Positions 36,785-48,035 of a stretch of 64,000 bases of DNA are shown here, piece after piece. The translations under genes were made by a program, and so were the position numbers. The first letter of the stretch is position 1. Each line of letters opens with the position of its first letter. The DNA is taken from positions 1-64,000 of the forward strand of contig JBJCIZ010000824.1 in assembly GCA_051294375.1 (NCBI GenBank), read 5' to 3'. The notes beneath the pieces were generated by a model. That model was given only the letters and a program-made list of their open reading frames with translations, made no database searches and was not told the DNA's origin. The DNA comes from Paraspadella gotoi. Taxonomy: Eukaryota > Animalia > Chaetognatha.

Positions 36785-37259
36785 AACCCCTTAAACCAAC
36801 CCGTACTGCGTTCACTCTGTGCCTCTCCCCATAACCCTAACCCGGGCCTGGCGCCTCCCGTACATCTCCATGCTCGCAACCCTAACCCTAACCACCTTGA
36901 TGCATCAACCATGCGGCCCCCTCCCCAACCCTACCCTAAACCAAGCCTCTAGTTCAACTCTGGTGCCATCTCCCCTAAACCCCTAACCCAGGCCGGGGCC
37001 ATCCCGACATCTCCATGCCTCAACCCTAACTTAACCGCCTTTGATGCCATCAACCAGGGCCCTCCAACCCTAAACCCAAACTAAGCCTTCTCGCCTGTCA
37101 GCTCCATGCCTCTCCCCCTAACCCAACCCAGGCCCAGCCTGCCCGTACATCTCTCTGCCTCAACCTAACCCTAACCACCTTAATGCATGCAACCATGGGT
37201 CCCTCCCCAACCCCTAACCCTAAACCAAGCCTTCCTCGTTCAACCCATGCCTCTCCCCT
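36785..37259. repeat. ~140-bp degenerate satellite with CCCTAA telomere-type hexamers
   Basis: About 3.5 units, each with aaccctaaccctaacc and ccgtacatctccatgc motifs. Confidence 0.7.
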
Positions 37260-37916
37260 TGTTAGGTTTTCCTACTAAACCTAGGTGCGGGCTATTCACT
37301 TTGTATGACTTTAAGCATTGAAGACGTGTTTTACAGTTTAGCATCATATATTGTTGTAATATAAACATAACATAACGAAGTATAAACGTTCAAAATAAGC
37401 AAATATCCAATTGTATAGAACCATAATGAATTCGAGTAATTAAATCGTAAGGGCAGCCGTAATGCATCGGAAAAAGCATTGGAAAAAGCGTCGGAAAGGG
37501 ATCCGAGAAAGCAGCCGTAAAGCATCAGAAAAAGCGTCGGAATGGGATCCGAGAAAGCAGCCGCTGGACTGTGAAACAGATTATACGATTTAATATAAAA
37601 TGTTCGAATTATAAACGCATTAAAAACTTATTAAAAACGAGTTAAGAACCATTTAGACGGACCTGGTATACATGTTGAACTTTATAGAAATTTGGCGATT
37701 ACATAAGCATAAAAATATACATTTTAACTTTCGAAATAAACAGCGTTGAATAAGCAGAGAATTTGGCATTAAATTCGAAGCAGCAAAAAACTGTAACGTG
37801 CAGGATATCGTCTGTGAACCGAATTAAAAATAGGACGAGAGAGAAAAGACTAGTTTCTCGCGAATGCGGGGCAAACAAAAGATCAGTTTTCGAAACGAAG
37901 TAAAAAATATTCTACA
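37260..37916 (-). repeat. Probable 3' LTR of the BEL element
   Basis: TGT...ACA ends; PPT GAGGCGGGAAAA (minus strand, 37917-37928) abuts it. No second copy in the window. Confidence 0.6.
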
Positions 37917-40900
37917 TTTTCCCGCCTCTAAATTTAAAACTTTAAATTTAAATAAAAAATTTTTACGAGAATGAGAAGGTATAGCAAAATTAGCTGGTAA
38001 ACACATAATTGGTTGTACCAATTTCATATAACTTAACATATAACAGAAAACATAAGAGATAAAACCTTAAACTTAGGTTAAACGAATTAAGATGCAGGAT
38101 TATCTTCAGCGATAGAATTGTCGGCTTCGAGAACAATTTTACGACAATCACGGTCGTACTCTTTGATGGCGGTGCGGACCTTTACGCGCCGGACGCGGCC
38201 GTCAGATCCGGGATAAACATTTGAGATAATCGTGATAATCGCCAGTCGCCGCGATGATGGCGATCGTCGACAACGAGAACAAGATCGCCAACACGAAGAT
38301 TTCGCGAAGGAGAATTCCACTTTTGCCTTTCTTGGAGAGTAGATAAATATTCGCGCACCCAGCGGCGCCAGATTGTGTCCGCGAGTTGCTGAGAAAGAAG
38401 CCATGTACATCGCAGAGCAGCGCCCTCTCCGCCGTTGCTGGGAGGGACTATGGATGCCGGATTGAAGGGAGGGGAGCCAGGCGACAAAATTCGCACAGGG
38501 CTGAGGGGTTCGAGATCGCGAGGATCGTCGGAGGCATGGGTGAGGGGACGTTGATTCAGGATTCCTTGGACCACAACAACGACCGTGTTGAGGATATCGT
38601 CAGTGATAGTAGCGGGAGTTCCGTTGCAGACGTTCGTGAGGATTCTTTTGGTTGAGCGGACGAGACGCTCAAAGACGCCGCCCCAATGCGACGCTGCAGG
38701 CGGATTGAAGGACCATTGGATACCTTTGATGCGCAGATGGAAGTTGATGTCGGCGTTCCACTCTTTGAGGCTTTTACCAAGCTCTTTGATAGACCCAGTA
38801 AAATTCGTGCCTCAATCTGAAATCATTTTCTCGAGGCCAGGTCGGTGGGAAATAAAGCGAAACAAACAGTTTATAAAAGCAGTGGCAGATAAATCAGCAG
38901 CAATCTCTAAATGTACAGCACACATTTTTAAACAAGTAAATAAACAAATCCATCTTTTTTGTAATGCACGGCCCCTTTTTACCTCAAAAGGTCCCATAAA
39001 ATTGACACCAGTTTCTTGAAACGGAACAATACCTTCTTGAACACGGAATGCAGGGAGAGGAGCCATCTTTTGTGAGCAGGGTTTGGCATGAAGTCGTAAG
39101 CATAATAGACATTTACCCATTTCCTTTTTTACCATTTGGCGACCTTTGAGGATCCAAACCTTAAAGTCTTAAAGTACAATGAACATGTTCAACTCCGGCA
39201 TGACCTTGTTGTTCATGCTCATGCCTAATGAGCAAAGTAACTACATGAGATTGGGAAGGCAAATCTGGTGTTTGGCATCTTGAGATATGGCAGCATTGTT
39301 GAGGCGTCCACCAACCCGGATAATATCATCTTGGAGAAATGGATCAAGGGTTCTGAGCCGACTTGAACTTGAGCAAAGAAATCTTTGTTTTCCCAAATTT
39401 CTATATTTAGTATCTGTATCAAGACTTTGTAATAAATTGTACTCAGATGAGAAATGTTCTTTTTGTGTCAAATGAAAGACACTGGATTGGGCATGCTTGA
39501 GCTCATCTGACCGTGTCGGACCGGATGAGGGGGGAGAAGGGTTTTTACTTTTGGAATAATTTATGAGCAATATACTGAGTAAATCGTACCAACCAACTGA
39601 CATGAATATAAAGCTTGTTCCATGAGGAAACACGTTCTGCAATTTTGGTAATCAGAGATGAATTGGAAGGTGCAGTGGGTGAAACAATTTCTTGAGCAGC
39701 AATGTCAATTTTGTCTTCAGTTTCAACATCTTTGTCTAATGGATTTGCTGGCCATTCCTCTTCTGGTTTGAGAATAAAACCTCCTTTGAGAAAGAACTTC
39801 CATGAAGTATCATCGTCAGCAGAGAATCCACGACTACATAAGTCAGCAGGGTTCTGATCAGTAGGGCAATAATTCCATTGAGAAACATCTGTTTTAGACA
39901 AAATCTTTGAAACGCGATTGAATACAAATGGAGGATAGCGAGCAGAGCGATTTCTTAATTGGCGCAACACACATGTAGCATCTACCCAAAAGAATGTCTT
40001 ATAATTTTTTTGAGTCAGCTCATGATGGAGGAATTCAAAAATGTCGACAGAAACAACTGCAGTACATAATTCCAAGCGGGGAATAGAACCATGAATTTGA
40101 GCTTCATGCTGATACTTGAGAGGGGCAACGCGAGATTTTGCAGTAACCAAAGCTGTGTGGATTAAGCCCGCCTCGTCAACTTTCCTAATGTATACAACAC
40201 TTCCATATCCTGTTTTGGATGCATCAGAGAAAAAATTCAACTGTGTCAAAATGACATCAGATAGCAAAGGGGAGCCAAACCAACGGGGAATTTTCACTTT
40301 TTCCAATTGAAAAAGGGATTTGGACCAATTATGAAATTTGGTAATGAACTCATCAGATATGGGTTCATCCCATCCAATGTGGAGGGAACATAATTCTTGC
40401 AGAATGCGTCTTCCACTCAACAGTACAGGTGAGAGGAATCCAATGGGGTCATAAATGGAAGCAATCAGGGATAGAATTTGGCGACGAGTTTCTTTCTCTT
40501 TATCGATCTTTAATTGGCTTGGGGAAAACGTGAAGGAATCGTCATCAACATCGAATTTGACACCTAGAGCTCTTTCAACAGGCAGTGAGTCTTCGTCAAA
40601 GTTCTTGACTCCAGCAGCAAGATCTTTAGGAGGAATGGAAGCTAAAACTTCGTGGCGGTTAGAAATGAATTTTGTGAGTCTAAACCCACCCTTTTTGAGC
40701 AAAGGAACCAAATTTTGGATCAGCTGAATGCATCATCTACTGTGTGGCATGATTTGAGCAAATCATCAATATACAAATTCCTAATAATAGCCAAGAGAAC
40801 TTCTTCAGAATAATCATCCTTAAACAATTCGGCAAGCTTCCTAATCGCATTAGCAATAGTGGGGGAAGGGGATGCTCCGTACAAATGGACAAGCATCTGC

Positions 40901-43900
40901 ATAGGTTTCACCATTTCACCATTTTCCCAGAAATAAAATCGAAGTGCATGAGTGTCAGGAGCTGCTCCCTTGACTCTATGAAAGAAATATTCTATATCAG
41001 CCATGTCAACAACTGGATGCTCACGAAATCGCGTCAAACAACCAAGCAGAGAATTTGCAAGATCAGGCCCTTGCAAAATGAGAGTTGAGGGACACGCCTT
41101 TGGCCATTGCCTTGGCGTCATGACACAACCTGACCTTTCCAGGTTTGTTTGGATTGGTGACTGCAAAGCACCGGAAGATAAAAGATTGGAACATCAGACC
41201 TATTAATCTCAAAATCAGGGACAGGTCTTGCATAGTTGTTGTCAAGTAAAGCTTGCATTTGAGTCTTGACCATTTCCAACTTTTCAGGGTCTCTCTTTAA
41301 TCTTTGACCCAATTTTTGAGTGCGAGACTTGGCCATTTCAGCACTTGCGGCTGTCGGGAGATTTTTGATAGCAGCATCCCGCCCTCCACGCCAAGGGAGA
41401 GCAACCTCAATCCGTCCATTGACTAAGGCACAGGATTCTTCAATAACTTGCATAGCTTCTTGATCTTCAATAGACAGACCAATCTTGCCAAACTTGGGAT
41501 CATTAAAATCATGGGAATACATCATTTTCAACTGTTCATGGATTATATCTTTGTCTGAGAAATAAAGGCACAAGTGACAGACCTACATGATTTCCCACCA
41601 TCAGGGCCTATAATCGCCCATCCCCACGGTGTCTGGATAGCAGATGGAGTGACAAGGGTTCCGCGACGGATTCCATTGTCAGAGGGGAGGAGACTTATTC
41701 CTAAATCTGTACCAATAAGCATGTTTACTTGTCTCTTATCTGGGGGTAGTTCTGTGAGAGATACATCTTTCAAATGGGCAAATCTATGCACAAGGTCGTT
41801 TGTGGGAATAGAAGATGAGGCACTAGGGATGTTGATTGCAACCATAGTGTGGGGGCTGGGTAACAGGAATTCAGAACTTAGAGAATGGAGGTTCAATGAA
41901 CAAAATTACGACTTTTCTTGGAACTATTTTCAATGGTAGACAATTCAATAACCTCAGGGTCAGGGCTTATTCCCAGAGCACTAGGTATAAATTCGAGCAG
42001 CAAGTAATGTTAGATCCTGGATCCAACAAAGCATAAGTATCAACAAATTTACCATTGTCAGGATTTGATACGCGAAGTGCCACGACTGGCCTGTAAACAT
42101 TTCCAACACATTCATTGGAATTCACTTGGAGAGTTGCAGTGGTAACTGACTGAGCAACTTGAGGAGTATTAACAGGATTAGATGGCGCATAATTATTCTC
42201 AGTAAAATCTCGATGCAGCATAGTGTGATGTGAAGCTTTGTTGCATTTTTTGCAAGCCCCAGTAGACTTAAAATCACCAATTTTGTGTGGGGAAAGGCAT
42301 CGTAAACACAAGCCAGTTTTCTTAACATGGAAAAATCGATCTTTGACAGAAGTGGCGATAAATTTATCACAGCGGTAAATGGCATGATCATTTGACTCAC
42401 AGAACAAACAATTTTTTTTGGCATCTTTGGATTCAACAGCGGCCATCATTGCAGGCTTGTTGAAAGGCTTACCAGCCACGCCTTTGACAGCGCGAGGCTT
42501 CTGGTCAGTGAAATCTGTTTTGTCCATAATGGCAGCACCAAAATTAGCACCAAGGCATTTGCCTTGACATTGCAAGAAATCAATAAGATCTTCAAAAGTA
42601 ACTTCCCGTTCTTGAATAAATTCCAACTTATAAGCATGTGAACCAAATTTTTCAATGAAGAATGGAACCTTCGCTTTTATGATTCTTCTCATGCTCTCGG
42701 TAGAAGTAAGTTGAGAAGTGTCACCCGCCTCTTGAGCGACTCCAAGTGCATTTCTCAGTTGAGAAACCAAATTCCAAATCGCAGCATGATCCTTATATTT
42801 AATAGGGGGACCTTTAAGGACCTTCTTAAGCAATTCCTGGGATGTACGCTTTTGCAAACCTCATATCTGTTTAAAGATAGTTTTAGCCTCTGCAATCGCG
42901 GCAGCAGCATCTCCTTTTTTGTCTAAATATTGAATAGCATCAAGGGCTGGGCCGTCAACCCATTTGAACAATTCATTCAACTTGACCCGATCACTCACAC
43001 CAGCAATAGACCCAACATCGGCTTCAAAGCTATTAAGAAACTTATGCAACTTAAGAGAATCGCCTCTCCACTTATCACCTGGAGCAGGGCGCGCTTGAGC
43101 AATGCTTTGTAAACCAACAAGACTTTCCAAAGTGGCATGGGGATTGGAAACAGATTGCAAAGCAGGAGTTACTTTGGTTACAATAGGGGGTGGAACTGGA
43201 AATGCTGGAGGAAGAAAGGGAGGAAGATTTAATGTGGGAGGCTGAAGAGAAACGGTAGGAATAACTTGGGGTGCAAAGGATTGTGGACGAAGATTAGGTC
43301 CAAAGAATAAATTTGGAGGACGCAGTGGCATCTGAGGAGGTGGAGGGAGAACTTGAGAAGTTATGGGAGCAGGTTGGGAGGAGGATGGCTGTTGAGAGTC
43401 AATGTGTTCTTTAGTGCGCAAATAACTTTCAATCTTTTCTTGGGAAGTCATCCCTCCAGAAGCAGTAAGTTGTTTAACTTCAGGATCATCATGTAAAGAC
43501 TGTAAGGAAGCCTTTTCTGCCTCAAACTCATACTTAGCAGATAAAACCTTAAGCTTCTCTTCCCTCTCCATATCGAGCAACTCTTGGTTCAATTTGACCC
43601 TTTTCATTTCAAGCTTCTGTTTCATCAACTCTTCAGCAGCTATCATACGAACTTCAGCTGCTGCAGCCGCAGCACATGACTTACGACGTAAGGATGTGGT
43701 GGATCTACTGGAAGAATTTGAACCAACATCTGAAGCACTAGATCCATGTGCAGCATTAATTGTAACTTCGGGAATAGTAAGAGATCGCCTGGAAGAAGCC
43801 AGAGTTCCATTGGAAGCCTGAGGCATATTGGGAGGTTCATGTTGGGGAATGGGCGCAGTTGCCAAGTTAGCAGCTGCCATCGTAGTGGAAACATTGGAAG

Positions 43901-44175
43901 TGGGTACACTTTCAGTATCAGGGTTTGATGCTGCAGAACTTACAATAGGCAGGGGAGTCAAAGGGCGTGTGGGATGGAACCTTTGATAAACAGAATAAAC
44001 TTCGAGCTTCTCTTTATGATAACAATTAATTTGTTCCACCAAGACAGTTTGTGCCTCATTTGTAAAAGCAGAGTTATTGTGATAAAAAAGCAACCTTTTG
44101 TATGCGGCAGAAAACTGTTGGTATAATGCAGAGAAATTTGTGGCATAAAAATTGGGATCTTCAGCAAAAAAATCG
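37260..44175 (-). mobile_element. BEL/Pao LTR retrotransposon, degenerate, 5'-truncated
   Basis: gag with three knuckles (CLFC..H..C, CLRC, CKKCNKASHHTMLH); PR ALLDPGS; RT NLYIDD; Pao-type RH FSDAS..AKSRVAP..IPRLEL; IN C-terminus WRRWVREYL..GDLVLV..DGRVR. Confidence 0.93.
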
Positions 44176-45315
44176 AATTCGGCATCTTCACTAAATCAAG
44201 ATTGATATGCTGGAATCTTTTAGGCGGGATCTTAAATTCACCTATTTCTGGTATCGTATGTCTCGTGGTCTTAGCTCTCTGGCAATTGAGGCAATCTCTA
44301 GCCCATCTGGCGATATCTTGTTTCATGTTTGTCCAGACAAATTTCGAAGTTATGGCCTTGCGAGTAGCCTTGATGCCTGGATGGCCGAGTCCATGGATGA
44401 TATCGAAAACCTTTCGTCGCCAAGACGCTGGCACAAAAGGTCGAGCAGGTCCGTTCGAAACATCTGCTAAAAGGTCCCGGTCGCCGACTTTGATTTTTCA
44501 AAACGTAAGCCCCGTTCGGGCGTCCTCCGCTATCTTTTGATAGTCTGGGTCCAACGATTGTTCACACGCCATTTGTTCGATACCAATTTCATAGCTGGTC
44601 ATCTAGGAGATCATAACCCGCGCATCCTCGAGTCGATTCGCTTTTATTTGTCGATTGGTCGAGTTATTTAGAGTTGTAGGGCCTAACGGGATCGCTGCTG
44701 CTGGCGCTGACGCTGCTGCTGCTGCTGACGCTGCTGCTGTTTTCCATAATGTTTTTGATGCTGTTAATGACGATTTTGATTGTTTCTCCGCTGTGAGAGT
44801 CGCTGTCGACGCTGCTGATGACACTGCTGCCGATGCTGCTGCTGTCAATGCTGCTGCTGTCGATTCTGCAGGTTTTTTTGCTGTCGAAGAGCTCGTCGTC
44901 GCGTTTGGCCGAGAGAGGGCGTCGGCGACGACATTTGCTTTTCCCTTCAGATAACGGATATCCGTTGTAAATTTGGCTATAACCGAGAGTTGGTAAGCTT
45001 GGCAGACCGTTTGTGGTTCCGCCTTCTTTTTGATGGCTGATACCAAACTCTGATGATCCGTGTATATGGTAAAGGAGCGGCCCTCGACCCAATGCCCTGG
45101 AATGCTTCTGCATGAAAGCTCCAAAAAGCTCTTTATCGAATGGAGGCCATAATTTCTTATTTTTGGCGAGCTTGGTCAAAAAAAATGCCACAGGCTCCCA
45201 TCCTTTTGGCCCGCGTTGCTCTAGGACGGCTCCGACCGCCTGATCGGAGGCGTCGGTCGTAATACAAAGTTGGCACCTGTCCTTGGATGATGAAGAAGCG
45301 CGGCTTGGATCAGGC
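44176..45315 (-). mobile_element. Gypsy fragment, family B (RNase H to IN N-terminus), CsRn1-like
   Basis: TTDASDQAVGAVL, FTIYTDHQSL, GKANVVADALSR, HGLGHPGIKAT..CLNCQRAK, FQHINLDLV. Confidence 0.85.
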
Positions 45316-45693
45316 TGTCAGAAATGTTTTATTTACGTAACCTATTTTATTTTACTAAGAATTTTGTCCCTTCTCCATATGTTTAGTTTTACTTAATTTG
45401 TTTAAATTGTAAAGGTTAGGTCTCTCTCATATTTTCTTTCAATGTATCACATATAATGATATTTTTAGTTCAAAGATTTAAATGTAGCAAAACAAAGTAG
45501 AGATGAGAGAGAGAGGCAAGAATTGTAATTCACTTCATATTTTAGCTTCGTAAAGTAAGGACGTTTCATCAAATAGAATAATTCAAAACTCAACTCTCTA
45601 CTAATTCAGGTAAATCCGATAACAAACATAGATCGATCGAACATGAAATAGCTCTCTATCAACATCTGAGGGTAAAGGGTCACGCTACCGACA
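45316..45693 (+). repeat. 5' LTR of older family A copy 5
   Basis: Diverged reverse complement of 3936-4319, followed at once by TGG. Confidence 0.92.
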
Positions 45694-45705
45694 TGGTGGC
45701 CAGCG
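45694..45705 (+). promoter_or_regulatory. Primer-binding site, tRNA-Leu(AAG/UAG)-like
   Basis: TGGTGGCCAGCG versus the expected TGGTGGCAGCG (one extra C). Confidence 0.65.
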
Positions 45706-46495
45706 CTGCTTCTTACCTTCTTTGCAGCCTCTTTGGGTTTTCCTGCCATGGGGTTGGTAGTTTTTGTTGGGTTTGTCAGGTTCTGGGATTTTCTTTTCTT
45801 TTCCCCCGGGGGCCGAGAGTAGGGGACAGGGTGTTGGCCGTCTCTCATCTTTCGGGCAAATTGGGTGGGTTTGGTTGGACAGGGCGTTGGCCGTCTTTCC
45901 CTTCTCACCGACATGGTTAATATGAATATATATGTACAAATAAAACGAGGGCGAGGTAGTTTTCTCATTCCTCGGTGCTTATAATAGATTTTATTGTTAT
46001 ATTTTGTTAAAATAACAAAATTTATTAATAATAAGTGTTAAACTTAGTAAACGATAAAGTAATAAAAGAAAAATAAAAGAAAATCCAATATATAGATTAA
46101 TTGATATCGGTCAAGTTGTTTCGTTGTGCTTATCACAAATATGAAAATTATTTTATTTTGGGAATTCGCGACGTACGATGGGGTGAGCGATTTATGAAAT
46201 AGTTGATACGATATAATAATTCGATTACAGTTTAACACCTCAGGTGACTGCGAAAGTTTGATACCAAAAAATGGAGAACGATAAGATCCCAGAGGAAGGC
46301 GCGAGAAATACCACGCCCGAGCCTCTGTTGGAAGATGCATCTTCTCAAAAAAAGCCAGAGGTTTTTTTAATATATTCTTTTACCGGCCAATGTAGAATGA
46401 TGGCAATATTGCTATTGTTAAGTTTTAAAAAAATTTGATCATAAATATAGAGAGAGCAAAGAATTTTGAATTTTAACAACGATTTTTATTAATAG

Positions 46496-46540
46496 TTGGA
46501 CATGTTTCGGCTTGCTTAGTTCAAGCCTTCATCAGCATAT
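46496..46540 (-). ncRNA. Minimal type I hammerhead ribozyme of a Penelope-like element
   Basis: Minus strand tg CTGATGA a ggcttg-aactaag-caagcc GAAACATGTC ca: intact core, 6-bp stem II, palindromic ACAUGU stem III, AATAAA downstream; proximal stem I is weak. Confidence 0.75.
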
Positions 46541-46769
46541 GACATTCAATAATAAATTTTGTGCAAAAGAAGAGTGTGAGAGAGAGGGTAAAAGTTTTTC
46601 CAACAAAGTGGTAAGACAGAATAGTGGTCAGATGTGAGGACAGGTTGAAGGTGAGGGCAGATTGAGTGAGTTGTGAAAAGAAGTGAAACTTGTTAAAGAG
46701 AAAGAGAGAGTGAGAGAGAGAGAGAAAAAATAAAACAACAGAGATAAATAAATAATAAAGATACATTTT

Positions 46770-47863
46770 TTGCAATGTACAACAAAGATAAAGGAGTTGG
46801 AGGACTATGAGGTGGAAGCTTTGGCCTCTTTTCGATTGTTGCATGGGGCAGAGTCAGTCCTCTTCTGGTATCGGAAAGCAGACGATACCATTCTGGCTGT
46901 GCGCAAAGACCTCATTGAGGATCTACTAAACCACCTGAACAGCATCCATGTGCGGATCAAGTGGACATGTGAGAGGGAGGTGAATGGGTCAATTCCAATG
47001 CTCGATGTGTTGATTCAACGCAAAGAGGGCGGCTCATTGGAATTCTCAGTATATTGCAAACCAACCCACACGGACAAATACATTCCCTTCATCTCACATG
47101 CTCCCCTGTCTCACAAGCTCGCCACGGTCAGATCCCTTACCAGGAGAGCTGCACTGATTCCGTCGACCCTCGAGCTTCAGGCCGCCGAGCTTGAGCACAT
47201 CAAAAGAGCCTTGGTGATCAATGGCTACCCATTGTGGGCCTTCGAGAAGGCCAGGTATCGGCCGCACCTGGCTGAGGACAGTGGCCAACCAGGGGCTGTC
47301 CAAGTAACCGCTGACGCAGGTTCTACCTCCACCCCCAGGAGGCAGAACGGGAGCTTGCTGCTGAAGAGCCGACCGCGCCCACCACAGCGCAAGTGGAAGA
47401 TAAGCAGAACGTGGGTCACTTGTCCCTCCCCTACCACCAGGGGATCACTGAAGCACTGGTGCGGGTGCTAGCAAAGCAGGGGATCTCCACTTCAGTGACG
47501 GCCCGCGGCTCCCTACGTGAGCAATTGGTGAAACCGAAAGATAAAATCCCCAGACCGAAAACATCAGGAGCCGTCTACTGGGCGGCCTGTGCAGGGGTGG
47601 GCAACCAATCCTGTGCAGCAGCATACGTGGGAGAGACAGGAAAGTCTCTGACAGATCAATTCCAACAACACAAAAAACCTTACCGTGACGCCCGAGGTCA
47701 CTATTTGTCCGCAATTGCTGAACATTCAGCAGACACAGGCCATCTGTTCAGGGAATCAGACTGTCTCGTGCTGTCCCATGACCCAAACTGGTTCTCAAGA
47801 GGTATTAGAGAGGCAATTTACATCAAAGCCCTCGAGCCCTCTTTGAACCGTGACGGAGGATGA
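46770..47863 (+). mobile_element. Penelope-like element, 5'-truncated (RT C-terminus and GIY-YIG endonuclease)
   Basis: WYRKADDT, IKWTCE, IPMLDV, VYCKPTHTD; GAVY..C..C..YVGET..H..SAIAEH..GH..REAIYI..LNRDGG; one frameshift near 47390. Confidence 0.92.
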
Positions 47864-48035
47864 TTCGATCTCCCTCCAAGCTATGATTCGCTTATCAAAA
47901 GAGTGGTGGAGGCCCCGCCGCCACCACGCCCGCACAATGACTCCCCTATCTCCACTCAACGAGACAGGCGGAGACCCTTGCGCAGGCAATGGGCAAACGA
48001 TGCCTCTCCCTCAAATGCAGCAACTCAGCCCGAGC

